The notes beneath the pieces are model-generated. The model ran no database searches. It had not been told where the DNA came from and saw only the letters and a list, made by a program, of their open reading frames with translations. This document shows positions 1 through 12,300 of a DNA stretch of 42,571 bases, in pieces. The stretch spans positions 1 to 42,571 of the forward strand of contig DF237647.1 in the NCBI GenBank assembly GCA_000708835.1, given 5' to 3'. The position numbers were made by a program, and so were the translations under genes. Source of the stretch: Klebsormidium nitens. Taxonomy: Eukaryota > Plantae > Klebsormidiophyceae. Within the stretch, counting starts at the first letter, position 1. Every line of letters begins with the position of its first letter.

Positions 1-648
1 CCACACTGTGCCAGTGAAGTGCGCAGTGTGCAATGTGCGCAGCTTGTGCGCAGTTCGCACTGCGGTGCCAGCACGTCTGGGCTAGTGGAGATGCTGGAAC
101 CTTCTAAAAGCGGTTGCCGAATTAGTGCGCAGTGCACAATGCGGATTAATGTGTCTCGAGCAGTGCTCTGCCAACCACGATTCACAGTGCTGTGCAAGCG
201 CGGGGAGTCAGAATCCAAATACCGGGTACCGTAGCCGGGTAATCACAATGTAATCTTAGGTGAGGTGGGGTGAGGGTGGTCACATTTGCGTCCTTGGAAA
301 TCTGAAAACCGGCGCACCGACCTCAAGGCCCGTCAAGGGTGCGCACCGACCCGAGAAAGCCACTTCGGTCATTATCATAGGTATTTGCAGCTTGCTTTTG
401 CGGCAACTCGACCGGACTGCTAGAACTTCCCCGTGTTTTGCGGTCTCGAGTCGCGACGGTGAACTGTGCGCACCCAGCCTATTACTTTACAAACATTTTC
501 GGAGGTCCGGGATCGGTCGCCCCCACCCTGGAAATGGTGCGACCCCGAATAACCTTTAATAATAGGGTAAAAATGCGGCCCCGAGGATGGAACGTCGCAC
601 CCCGAGGGTCGAAAAATTCGGGCCCGACGGGTCGTCGTGACCTCAAAT

Positions 649-874
649 CAGGGTTTCCCACAGCCGGCAAGAGAACCTGGACCTGGCCGGCCGAAAAAGG
701 TCCCCGGCCGGTACCGAAGGCACCCCGCCGGCTGCTCAGCCGGCAGGAAATGCAGGCTCTTGCTGGGCTCAGCCGACCGGTACGGCCATTTACCGACTGT
801 CCAGCCGGCCGAACCGGGGGGGTGCCGGCAGCTGGCCGGCCGGGACAAAAGTCCGTGGGCACTGGGAAACCCTG
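649..874. mobile_element. 226-bp MITE-like element, hAT-like termini
   Basis: Perfect 12-bp terminal inverted repeats CAGGGTTTCCCA (649-660) and TGGGAAACCCTG (863-874). The interior is GC-rich, non-coding and rich in GCCGGC. No clean 8-bp TSD (CCTCAAAT vs CAGGCTCA), although CTCAAAT occurs at 642-648 and 879-885. Confidence 0.6.
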
Positions 875-1339
875 CAGGCTCAAATACCTAGGTATGACCC
901 ACCACCTATTATAGTACGGTAGGTATGATCATCGTCCCAACTCCGGCCCGACCTCGGAGTCGGACTCGACGACCAACCTTGAACCGACCAAATCTAAACC
1001 GCTGGCCACCGCGACCCGGGTGATCATTGGTTTACAATCTTGAGTGCCGTGAACTTAACTCTACAAATCATTGAAATCGTATTTGGCCCCTGCGTCCGAC
1101 ACTGTTACGTTACCGAGCGCCATTCTCCGGAATCTGATTGGCTCGCAAAACACGAATCCAAACTGTTGGAAGCAGCCGTACGATACGTATCTGGATTTTG
1201 CATGTCATGAGTAATTGACGTCTTTGTTACGTACGGCTCTTGGGACCGGCGAAGTTGTACCTATCGTAGGACGGTACCTACCAGCGTGAACCGTCGCAGT
1301 TCTGAACCGTTGGATAGCCTTTGAACGGTCAGCCTCGAG

Positions 1340-1565
1340 CAGGGACTCGCAGTGCTTGCTACGAACCGGTGTTTAAGCTGGACCTGGCCGGCAGAAATGA
1401 TGGATGCACCGGTGCCGAAGGCACCCCACCGGCTGGACAGCCGGCAGAAAATGCTGGGCGCCTAGGCAGAACCGGCGTCCGGTGCTTTAGCCCGTGTGGC
1501 CAGCCGGTAGAAGTGTAGGTGGCCGGTAGACTGCCGGCACCGGTGAAAGTTGGTGGCAAGCCCTG
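1340..1565. mobile_element. Second, more decayed copy of the 649-874 MITE family
   Basis: Starts CAGGG (1340), ends CCCTG (1565), also 226 bp. Shares CTGGACCTGGCCGGC (1378-1392 vs 677-691), CCGAAGGCACCCC and CAGCCGGCAG with the first copy. Flanks GCCTCGAG / GCAGGGAG match at 5 of 8 positions. Confidence 0.5.
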
Positions 1566-1730
1566 GCAGGGAGGCAGATTCGGAAAATGATGATGATCAT
1601 TAGAGTGCACACTGCAGTCTGCACTGTACATACCTAGCTAGCAGTAGGTACCCGCAGTGCGCACTTGTAGGTAGTCGTGGGTGCTCACTACAGTACTCGG
1701 AAGGTAGGTAGGTATCTAGGTACTTCCATA

Positions 1731-2180
1731 GGGCCTGTTCGCATGCCGCGCCAAGATCGACACGTTTCCGACAGAATGTAGTGGGTTGACTTTGGTTTGG
1801 GCTGTACGATTTCGGTACGGACGGATCGCTTGAAAACAGTGTTTTCGACGAGGCGTTCGATAGAGTGTTGGCAAGCCCAATGATTGAGCCCCCAAAAATG
1901 CATTTAAATCGCAAGAGAAAAAGATGGAAAATACAAAGCCCCTACCGGGTCTTGGCAGTCGGCACATTCAGACCACACAAGTGCTCGGTATGGAATGTTG
2001 GGACCGACAGATTCTGATAGGTGCCCCCGACCAGCAGGCAGATTCTGTTGGTTTTGATGGTACGATCGCGCGATCGAATTGTACTTTTCCAACTTCTGGC
2101 AAAGTGTTGGTCACACGCGGTGATGGGTTGCGGCCAAAACCGCCAGGATCTGTCGATTTTGGCTGCATGCGAACAGGCCC
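1731..2180. mobile_element. 450-bp Tourist-like (PIF/Harbinger) MITE
   Basis: Perfect 16-bp TIR GGGCCTGTTCGCATGC (1731-1746) / GCATGCGAACAGGCCC (2165-2180), extending imperfectly to about 30 bp (ATCGACA / TGTCGAT). Flanks ATA and TTA are one mismatch from a TTA target duplication. No transposase-like ORF inside. Confidence 0.7.
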
Positions 2181-2780
2181 TTAATGCATGTGTGTGATCC
2201 TGGACGTTTACAAGAAAATGTTCAGTGTTAATGACCGCCGAGGTAAGTCCGGCGCCCGGGGGGCTTCGTCACATCAGGGAGAGGGTTAGGAACTTGATAA
2301 GAGCGACTTTGGTGCACAACATCTATAGCACAGCTGGTTTCAGGTTAGATTTTACAGGCTTCTGAGTGCTCGGTAGATGCACTCACCGAGCAGTAACGCA
2401 CTGTTTTCTTGAGATTCAGGAGAAAGGCGTCGGAGGCTGCTACTGGGCCGATTATCATCTTCCGGGCTCAGTAGGCTGTCACCTGAGATATCCCGCAGAC
2501 TCAGCCCCCAAGTTGCGCCGTCTGTCCAAGGAGATTGGAGCTCCATCCGCCGATACGAACGCGAACGTGATTCCGTTTCAGTCTGATTCCCGATCGGAGC
2601 GGGATTCTGTGGCCTGCCGCGCATTCGTTCGCTTAAATGATATGAGAGACTGAGCTAGCTCAACCGTTACATAGTGGGACGCATGATTTGCAAAGCTAGG
2701 AAGCTGAGCGGGACGCTCATTTCCCTCAGTGACCTTTTCAAAATGCGAGTTGGCGCCTGACTGCCGGCGCCCTCGGCTGC

Positions 2781-4275
2781 ATGGCTGAGGAAGGCATCAA
2801 TGCGTTCGGGGGGCGCAGCAGCGCTCCCTGGAGCCCGGACCTGCTGCTGGCTGGCGCGACGCTCCCCCCGCTGGTGTCGACTTCTCACCCGTCCTTCTCG
2901 ACATTCAGCTCGGCCAGCGTTCAAACACTCTCAACAGAGACTGATGGAGGGTACCCGGACGCAGAGGACCTGGGCCGCGAGAGCCCAACTGCGCTCAGAC
3001 TAACAGGGAAGCCTTGGCGGCGAATGTGGAATTCGGTGAGTTCCTGATTCATCTCTGCATTGCCTGACAGAACATTTATCATACCGATTACCTTTCACCG
3101 AAGCCCGGGGATCTCCAACACTGTGCTGCATTGATTGTTTGCAAGCATTGAATCCTGTCCAAATCAGATTTTGCATGGACACTCTTCCAAAGTCACTGCC
3201 TTCCTATAACGTGTCTGGCCGTTTCTATCAGCAGAGCTGTGAAGACACAATTAAGCAGTCTGAAAGGCCTTCCATTGCAAGCATCAAGGTCGTATCCTTC
3301 TGTAAAGGTTTTGAGCTTGCAAGTAATCTCACAGTTGCCTAACGATCAAGTTACCTACCGATACGTGGGCTCTCCATATGTTCAAAACCGAATAACATTC
3401 AATGAACTCACAAACAAGCAGCCTTACTTCTACCACTGCCGTTCCTGGCAGTCACTGTCCTGAACTTCATTGGCTGCATTCACTGACAATCACATACTCC
3501 ATTGCAGACGGAGGACTCCATTCTGGTGAAGCTGGTCCAGGAGTTTGGCCCCACAAGGTGGAAGGAAAAGGCTGAAAGGATTCCTGGGAGGACCGCGCGC
3601 CAGTGCCGTGAGCGGTGGCACAATCACCTGGAGCATAATCTCAACAAGGTCAGCGGGCTTCCCAGTTCCTTTCCAGTGTGCTGAGTTTGGGCAACTTTTG
3701 TGGTACCACTGTGATTTTCTGGGGTGTGCCCTGGCTGCTCTCAAGGAACTACTGCTGCAAGTCAGCTGAAGCCGGCGTCATCTAGCACATGTGGGAATGT
3801 GCTTTGAACATACGGAACAGGGACGCAGTTGAGTATTCCCATTTGTGTCTTTGGAAAGGGATTCAGAGTGGAACCTTTCACATGCAGGGGCCATGGTCTG
3901 AGGAAGAGAAAGTGACTCTCGCAGTTTTGTACTCACAATTGGGGCCAAAATGGAGTTTAATTGCCAAGTACTTGCCTGGTCGAAGTGACAACTGCGTTAA
4001 GAACCACTGGTATGCTGCTGTTAAAAGGAAAACCGGTAAGAAGCACCGCTGGATTTGTGTTCACGTTGAGCAAAGCGAAGCTGCTGCCAACCTCTACTGT
4101 TGCTTAAAATGTGCGTCCCAATGCTAGTGCATTTCGGAAGGAACTTTCAGAATGTGAGCTCGACACTTCCACTTCTACATCCTTCAAAGTCATTGATATC
4201 AGTATTATGCGAACAACCCAGACTGCTGAGAGTATGCAGTCATCAGCATGTTTGGCTCAGCCAGAAAAGAGCTGA
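2781..4275 (+). CDS. Two-repeat (R2R3-type) MYB transcription factor, ~222 aa
   Basis: Exons 2781-3035, 3508-3648, 3888-4035 and a tentative last exon 4151-4275, all GT-AG and in phase. Repeats: WNSTEDSILVKLVQEFGPTRW...GRTARQCRERWHNHL and GPWSEEEKVTLAVLYSQLGPKWSLIAKYLPGRSDNCVKNHW. The C-terminal exon is uncertain; another open stretch lies at 4434-4578. Confidence 0.8.
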
Positions 4276-5880
4276 ATAACAACAGCTTTGAGCTCAGCAT
4301 TCATCTAAGATGAGCCCTCGAGGATGCAGAAACGTTCCTGCTCTGTTAGTTGCTACCTCACTGCAGCTTTTGACTCTATGTGAATGGGCAGCCATGTTGA
4401 GAAAGTCCTGATTCCGAAGCTGATGTTCTGCAGGAGGGGGGCTGTGCCAGCAAAGCCTGTGAGCAGGAGCTTGAGGACCATCATCTTCAGCTGGTTCAAC
4501 GCTGGAGGTCCATGCTGCGAATCGACGAGTGGTTTGAGAACTTGGGGTCTTCGGTCCTAACGAATGTTGAACCTTAGCTAGACCGGAAGATGCTGCAGGT
4601 ATTCAGTCCAGCAATGCAAAGCGGCAAGCGCAGGAGGTACTGAAGCAGGTTGTCAGGTGACTCAAGCGAGCACGTTTACAGTAGTCAGCTTTTCAGAACA
4701 GTTGGAGCAATAACGATCGTATCACGACCACGGGTCCAGAAGATGTTCAAATCCTAAATGGTCTGACGGAACTTGAGTCAGCGGACATAGAGCAGATTGT
4801 GAAGCCTGCCTAGCATCAAGCATAGCCGCAGAACATGTAGAGCTGCTGAATGAAGTTTCCAGAGCTAGACGATGAGATCCAACGAAACACTATGGCGAAA
4901 CACAAACTGGATAGCTGGCACGCAGCTGCTGATCGAGCTTAGGACTTCCAGGAATCACCGACCTAGATTAAACTAGTCATTGTTACTTTGTACATGCACT
5001 GTTAGTCAGGCTCGCTTAATCGAGTTAGGATAGCTGTCGACCTTCCAACTTTAGATTGCAGCTCCGTGGAGACGTTTTAATTTGCATAACCATTGCATTT
5101 TAACTTCAACAGACGTTTGGCTGTTCTTGCTAGATGATCAGCTCTTTCCAATCTGGTATACCTTACATGCTCGTTCCGGCCGGCAGGCTGGTGTCAATCT
5201 ACATCCGTTTCCAAACAATACTCCGGCAAGCAGACGCGTCCAAGGTCAGCCTGGTACACCCTGGAGATGCATGTGCAATTTGCAGGTATGTCTTCGTGGG
5301 GGTCCGCTGTTCAAAGACTGAATACACTTCCACTTTGAAAGGCTGCAATGTCGGAACCTGACCGCTGCTTCTGCTGTTCTGTTATCGTTGTCACAGGTCA
5401 GGATATCTTTGGTAATTATCGGAATCGGCCCATCATTCACAATCATTCATGACGTGATCCACTTGTGGCCGGTGCTCAAACGGTACTTGCGTGACCTGAT
5501 TTGCGATGCAGACACAAAACAAAGCTTGCCCCGGTATAGCTGCGACGTGTGACTTCAATCCAGATCAGATTGACCCAGGAACATCATCGCTTGCATCTTG
5601 AAGCCATCGGTCATACTGACTTGGAAGTACCTGAATCCTGCGAGTCAACTCCCTGAGACCTACGATCCCAAGCCCTAACGTTGTTACTAAACTTTTAGTC
5701 TTCGGCACGGCCTACAGCACTGGCTATGGATCTCAATGGAGCAGGCTATTTGAGTTGGAAGTCGACATTTTGGGGGGTTTGCTATACTGTGTTGATGGCC
5801 AAATGCTCTGAACTAGCAATTCTTGAGGGAGATTGCGTCATATAGAACGTCCCTTCCGTTATCATCCGAAAGTTCTGGTG

Positions 5881-5926
5881 TTGACGTCATCCTGGCTTTG
5901 ACGTCATCCTGGCTTTGACGTCATCC
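5881..5926. repeat. 17-bp tandem repeat (2.7 copies), each copy containing TGACGTCA
   Basis: Unit TTGACGTCATCCTGGCT at 5881-5897 and 5898-5914, partial copy at 5915-5926. Confidence 0.9.
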
Positions 5927-6383
5927 AATTTGTGTTGGAGACATCCAAATTAAAGTGCCTTAGTGTGTGAACGCAAGCCTACTTTCAGCAGTATCCTCGC
6001 AAGTATTTACAATGCCGTAAGTTGATGTGAATCTCCTAATACAGTGTCCCAGTCATCTGATTACAATTTCGCTCGATTCGTAAATTATGGCTGCTTACAC
6101 AATTCGAACAAAACTGGGCCTTGTCCCCCTTCCCGATGCAAACAACTTGACGCGGTCCTCACCGTCCTTCTAAGAGCCGCAGGCAATCCGCCGTTACAAC
6201 CCTGAAACCCGAGCGCAACCTTTCGGTAAATCTTTAGAAAAAAAACTCACAACGACACCTTCACAAAACCTCTGCTCCTCTGCATTCCCCGTCATCGTTT
6301 CTCTTCTGATCTCGCTTCAGTCCAAGACTCGTCGCCGTTTTTCTTCTGATCCTAAGTTCAGTTCCAGCGGCGTCCCCGTCTTC

Positions 6384-9300
6384 TCACGCCACCCCGAGCG
6401 CTTTCATCCCCTGCTCCGCCTTCTCCATCAGCCCGTGCCCCGCCTTCTGCATCAGCCCGGTGGCAGTCCCCCGGGGCGCCACCTGGGGGAGGAATTTTCA
6501 CATTTGCAATAGTAAGCTTTAGCAATAGTCAGCTAACCAGCCTGGGACGGGTAGGGTTACTTTGGGGGTTAGGATGGGCTCGGATGCGGAGCAGGGAATT
6601 TTGTGGGTTAGGTTTTCAGTATTAGGGTGGTGCTTACTATTGCTAGAGCTTACTACCTATTGCTAAAGAAGGGACATACCTGGCTGCACACCGGTATGGT
6701 ATGCCACGAGTTGCAGTTAAGTCCCCGGTAGTTCCAAATCTCGGCGGTGGTGCGCGGCTGGGTGTTCCACGCGTCGTCAAAGGCCTTGCACGTAAGCGTC
6801 ATCTTGCCGCCCACAGCCTTTTTCTCGGACGGGATGGGCACCGAGAGCTCCCACAGGGCCCATGCCCAGGCGCGGCCCTCAGGCTGCGAGCGCCCCTCGG
6901 TGATCCTGCCGAAGAGAAGCTGGTAAGAATACTCCTCTACAGATTTACATAAAAAGATCGACTTTTGGAAGGAAAGAGAAAACAACGAGCAACTTGATTA
7001 ACAAAGAACCGTTGGAGCTGTAATTTTCAGTTGCAGCCCAAGATTTGGGTTTGTAACAGCGTTCAAGATTTGGGTTTGGAAAAGCGAAGGATGAATGGAG
7101 GGCCAGCAGAAGATTCGAAAGGACGCCAGAGACTGGAATGGAATCGAATCAGCGCCGGAATAAGCTGGATAAACTGGACGCTTGTGAACAGAACGCGTTA
7201 GCGCTTACTTGGCCTGGGTCCAGCTCTGCCCTTCATCCGAAGACACGTCCACCCGCACAATGGCGTGGCCGTCGCCCGACCACGCATAACCCTTCACTGC
7301 AGCCAGGTGATGGAAGAAGCTCGATGAGTGAGTTCCTCAAAACAGAATTGATTTCTATTGAATGTTGAAAGAGCCGGCCACACTCCGAAGAATGGCAGTT
7401 TGCATCGAAGCCGAATGCCTGCACAGTACTAGGTAGAAAATCCTTTCCAGATGTTATTGCATTCGGAACATAGACTAGCTCCAGCGGCGTAACTTCGAAA
7501 GAAACATAGCTTCTCTCAAGGACTCGTCAATAGATTCTGTTGTAAGGAGGGAGATCATCATGTAACGGGGTAAACTCTCGACTCTTTCGAACGGGATTCC
7601 AAAGCGGATGGACTTGACAGTTCAATCCTACTGATCAACCGAAGCCGGAATAACCGACCGGTCACACTAGATCTAGATAGTAACTCAGAGATTCGATAGG
7701 CTCGCCTTTGATGCTGGTCTGGTCGGGTGCTATGATTGACCCGGCAGTCGGCATGAGGATCGCGGACTGCACGGGCAGCGCCATAAGCGGCGCGCACTCC
7801 TGCGGCTTTGCCTGCTCGTGCACTTTGACGCTCGGCGGCGCGGGGCGGTAGTCGATCTGCTGCCAGGGGCTCTGCGAGTCCGTTGCGGAGAATAGAATCC
7901 GCTGGAGCCATTTGACGGAACGGGTGCCCACGTAACCCGGGACGATCAGGCGCACCTGGAGCAAAGGTAACACAAGTGAGTCAAATCTTGCACGGTTGGG
8001 GCCTGGAATAGCTCCAGAATGCTACTTCGCTGAATCCTGGTAAAGAAGTCTGAAGCAGTCTCAACACTCAAAGAAGAGCGCATGGAACTTTTTGGAGCTT
8101 GGCCGCTGTATCCTCAAAAGATGCTCAATGGTTGCTCAATGTTTGCATCTCAGCTGCCTTCACACGCCCTCTTGGCAGCTTTCGACTTCTACTCTGGGCT
8201 GTACCTGGCTCTGTTTAGGACAGCACAAGGTTCTCAAGCAGACGGAGACCAGAAAGCGCGAGAACCTGACCACCCCCCGCCACCCACCGGGTACCCGTGG
8301 TCGGGCGGCAGCTCCTTGCCGTTCATCGCGTATGCCACGATGACGTCGCCCTTGACGTCAAGCGCCTTCTGGGTCGAGATAGACGCCTCGAAGTGCTGCT
8401 GCGTAACGCGGTGCCAGTCCAGCCCGGTGGCGGTCAGCCACTTGGCGCCCAGCTGGCGCGCGCGGTCGGGGTCCAGCCCGATGTGGCGCGCGAGGTCGCG
8501 CACGCGCACGCCCGTCCACTCGGCGGTGCTGATCGAACCTGCTCGGGGGCGGCGGGGCGTCAGCGCGGAATGAAAGAAGATAAGATACGCAAGAAAAGAC
8601 GTAGGGCGTATTGCCCGGGAACGAACCACAAAATGCGTTATGAATCGAGACTACCCAATTCGGTCAAGTCTCCGCCAAGCAAAATTTCTGCTTCAAGCAA
8701 AATCTCAACAGGTTGCAGCTAGAAGAGGGCTCCCTGAGGTAACAGCACTTACAAGATCCCGGGCCGTCTAAAATTTACGAAACGTCTTTGTAGACCCTAA
8801 AGTGTCATCAAAGCTCTTCAGGAGTTCCTTAAAGAAACAACCGTTTCCAAAACGCCAGAGAGCTTAAGGGAAAAGGCAAGAACGTGAAATAAGCAGCCAG
8901 CCCACCCGCGTTCCACGGCGCGCGGCCCGACACTGTCTCCACCGCGCACATGTCGTTCCGCCGGTTCCCCGCGCACTGCAGCGTCACGGTGAGCGTCACC
9001 GCCTCAAACTTGTCCTTCAAATCTTGCACCGTCAGCTCCGCGCAAAACAGCTTCAAGTCGGGGTCGCCCTCGACTACGATCTTGTGCGTGTTGATCGTTC
9101 CTGCGTTGGCGGGAACTGGCAAGTGGTTCCGCACGTAGTGAATCTCGTTCGGTGTGATGAAACGGCTCAGCAGGACGCCGTGAGGGGGCTCGCCTGCAGG
9201 CCGGACGTTTTGGGGTGGTTAGATCCAAGAACGTTTCAGAGAGGAGGCTCAGGCCTTGAGAAGGATCTGAATCCACGGGAACGAGCTGTCTAATCAAAAA

Positions 9301-12300
9301 GCTTGCCGTAAAGAGGAAGCGCCTGGTGCGGTTATACGGTTTTCTTTTCAGTCCTTAACATGTTGAGTGTATGTTTCCGTTTTTGAGGGCAATTACCATA
9401 CGAAGATGCTATTTGCGTTGGTTCCGCTCGCAAGCGGGCCCTTACGAAGCGGGCATGCGCCCCGCTCTCGCTCAACAAAAGCTGCGACGGCACGTGATGC
9501 TGCCTTTCCCGGGTGACTCTTTTGCTTGCACTTCTATCTCATTTTCTCCTCGTTATTTGCTTCGCTTTTCAGGCCGCCTTCCCTGCTGCCCTCCTCCCTT
9601 TTGACTCGATCACGACACACCGTTTCCTCTCTTGTTGCTCACCGTTGAATGGCTTGTAGCACTGCACCACGATGTCGGGCGTCCGCTGCGGCTCGTCCTT
9701 GTACTCGTGCTCCTGCTCCGGCTCCAGATTATTGGGGTCCACCGGCTGCATCACCGCGCCGCAGTAGTCTGACACCGCCTTGTTCAGCTCGCCCGGGGCA
9801 GTCTCGCGCTGGAGCAGGCCTGGGTGCAGATAACCGGAATGGGTTACGACGGGTTTGATATGTTTGCCGACAGAAAAGTAGGGTGGAATCCAGAGGCACT
9901 AGCTTGAGAGCGTATGCAGTTAAGCGGGACGCGATAACGAAGCTTCTGAGGTCGGGCGACGGTTTAGTAGACACCTCTTTGGGCGTGCTCTCATGCTCAC
10001 CGAGGCGACTCACTTATCTTTGTCTGAGCAGGGCGGCGACACACTCCACTTGCACTTCTCAACAAGCTGCTGGTTAGAAACGTGATGACCTTGACTTCCC
10101 GTGAAACGGGGCAAGAATCCTACTGCATGCGAATGGCAAACTCCACGTTTGGAGCGCAGCTCGTGAATTTTTCCGAGTTCGCACAACAACAAGATTCGTT
10201 GTGTGGGACCGGTGCAGATACGACCGTCTCCCAAAGATCGACGAGATAAGGAGGACAACGAGCGGCCGCATGCCGAAGAGAGAAATGTCAGCGCACCGTT
10301 GTTGTTCCTTGCGCCGGTCGCTTCGACGATCCCGCCGATCGGCTCGTGAATCGGAGCATCGCCTGTAACAACCGGGGCGTCGACCGGGAGAAGCCTGCCC
10401 AGGCCAAGCCGCTCCTTGAGGACCTTCCTGGGGAATCAAAGGAATGGAGTACGTAGTAGTGAGTGAACGAAACGAAGGCTAAAACATACAAAGGCATTCA
10501 CAGGTTTGGTGCATGATTCGGGGGGAATATAATGAGCGGGGGCCGAGGATAGTGACCGCTTTTAGCAAGGCGCGACTCCGACGTTGAGTAGACAGATGGA
10601 TGTGTCGGGTAAGAGGAGAAGAGCTGGAGGAAGGCCATGGTCACACGCGAACCGACACGTTAAGTGTTTGGATCCGATGCAAAGTGTTAAATCACACATT
10701 CTACCTGGTCAAGGCATGCCGTATCTCAGTTGGAATGAGGCGCAATTCCTAACCGGAACAAACCATCTCAGACCTCGGCGCGGAGTCCCACTTCCGGGTC
10801 AACAAAAAACCGAAGTTAACGACGAAATTAACGACGATTTTGGCTGTGGTCGTGAGCGAGCCTTCTGGGTGCCCTTCGCCACTCGCGAGCAACTGTGGTT
10901 TATGACACAACGACTGGGTGCAGCGCTCGTTACCTGATCTTGTCCGGCGAGTCGAACTCGGCCTTCTTCACCTGGACCACCGTCAGATTCTCGTACTTGG
11001 CCAACTTCTGCACGAGGAAACGGGTCTTGAATCATCAAGCTATTTCTCTCGAAAAACAAATCTCCACGACCGGAGTACACTTCAGCCTCCCGACAGCTCT
11101 TCTGCGTCTCGTTCAAAATTCAGAGGTCACTCCAAGTAAGCCGCTGGCGTTATTCTGGTCAAGTGCGCAGATCCTTTCCGCTCGTCCAGTCAATCATCTG
11201 GACGAGCGGAAAGGTCGACCGAAGCGGATTAGCCGATCGCAAACGTTTCCATGTTTTGAGACCGTGGGAACTCTTGCAATTGGAAAACTCGACCTTCTCG
11301 ACCCCTTCAAGACCCTTGGCAGATGTTTTCCGTCCCAACCTTTTCGACCTCCTCCGGTTCGTGGTGCTCCAGATTGATCAGCGTCACGCCCCGGCCTTTC
11401 TCGCCCATCACCGAGGCAAAGTGCCCCACTAGATTGAGCAAAATCTCGGTGTCCCAGGTTCCGGGGTTGCCCTCCGGGTTGTTAACTAGTATGTCGAGCG
11501 CGCCATGCCGCGAGAGCACGTTGAAGCACAGCTGGTCGACCGTCTCTTTGTTGTGCAGCTGAACCGGGTGGATGTCAACCGTTGACGGCGCGCCGATGCT
11601 GCCGCACCGTTTCGCGATCTGCAGAGCATCGAATGAAAGGACCCATTCTATTTGTGATCGGCCAAATAAATACATGTATCGACTCCATGTCGTCAAAAGT
11701 AAGATTTCAGCTATTGGGTTCTTTCGAAGGCACCTGATCATCAATGCTATGAGCCTCCCGGGTTTGAGTTTCTAGTGCCAATCGCCCTTCCACGTATATT
11801 CGTGGTTTTGGGGCTTGAACGCCGATATCACAATGGCCAGCAACGAGTGAAAGCAGTCTAGGTTGATGAATTCAGGTTTCGTGATAAAACTCTGTGCTTA
11901 CAAGACTTCACTGACCTTGTGAGCACCTTTTCCATTTTAGGGGGACTCCCCTTGCACAGGTGTCATCCTAAAGCAAGTAGAAACTTGAGCTGAACCAAAA
12001 CATCCCGCCATTAAAAATCTTCAGAGAAGTGATGTTTTGAACCTCTGGCCTTGGACTGTATGGGCTCAGACCCCATCCGAGCGATTTGCCAGAAGTTCTT
12101 TAGAATCGAGTGCGAAAAGGCACTACTGAAGAAGGTCGGTCAGTCTGACTAGCAGTTGAATTAGCTGCCAACTTCCGAAATTGATCCTGTAATTTTTCAG
12201 TATGGGGCCAGATGAAAGCTGCATTCTTCAATCTGACCTTATACGTAAGAACTCCTCCATGGCCTATAACCATCGCAGAACCGGAGTTGACTAAGGAGTC

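Noticed and set aside
256-910. Possible larger element enclosing the first MITE (TAGGTG...GGTCA vs TGACC...CACCTA)
   Set aside because: The similarity is too short and gapped to call TIRs, and there is no TSD.
260-914. Overlapping ORFs of 99-158 aa on both strands
   Set aside because: They overlie the GC-rich MITE and its flanks, mostly start at GTG/TTG, and show no recognisable domain or splice chain.
6653-9775. Calling the Moco enzyme a nitrate reductase
   Set aside because: There are no b5 or FAD/NADH exons, and the pocket residues are SO-type (DYR, IWNYRG) rather than NR-type (WNxMGMMNN).
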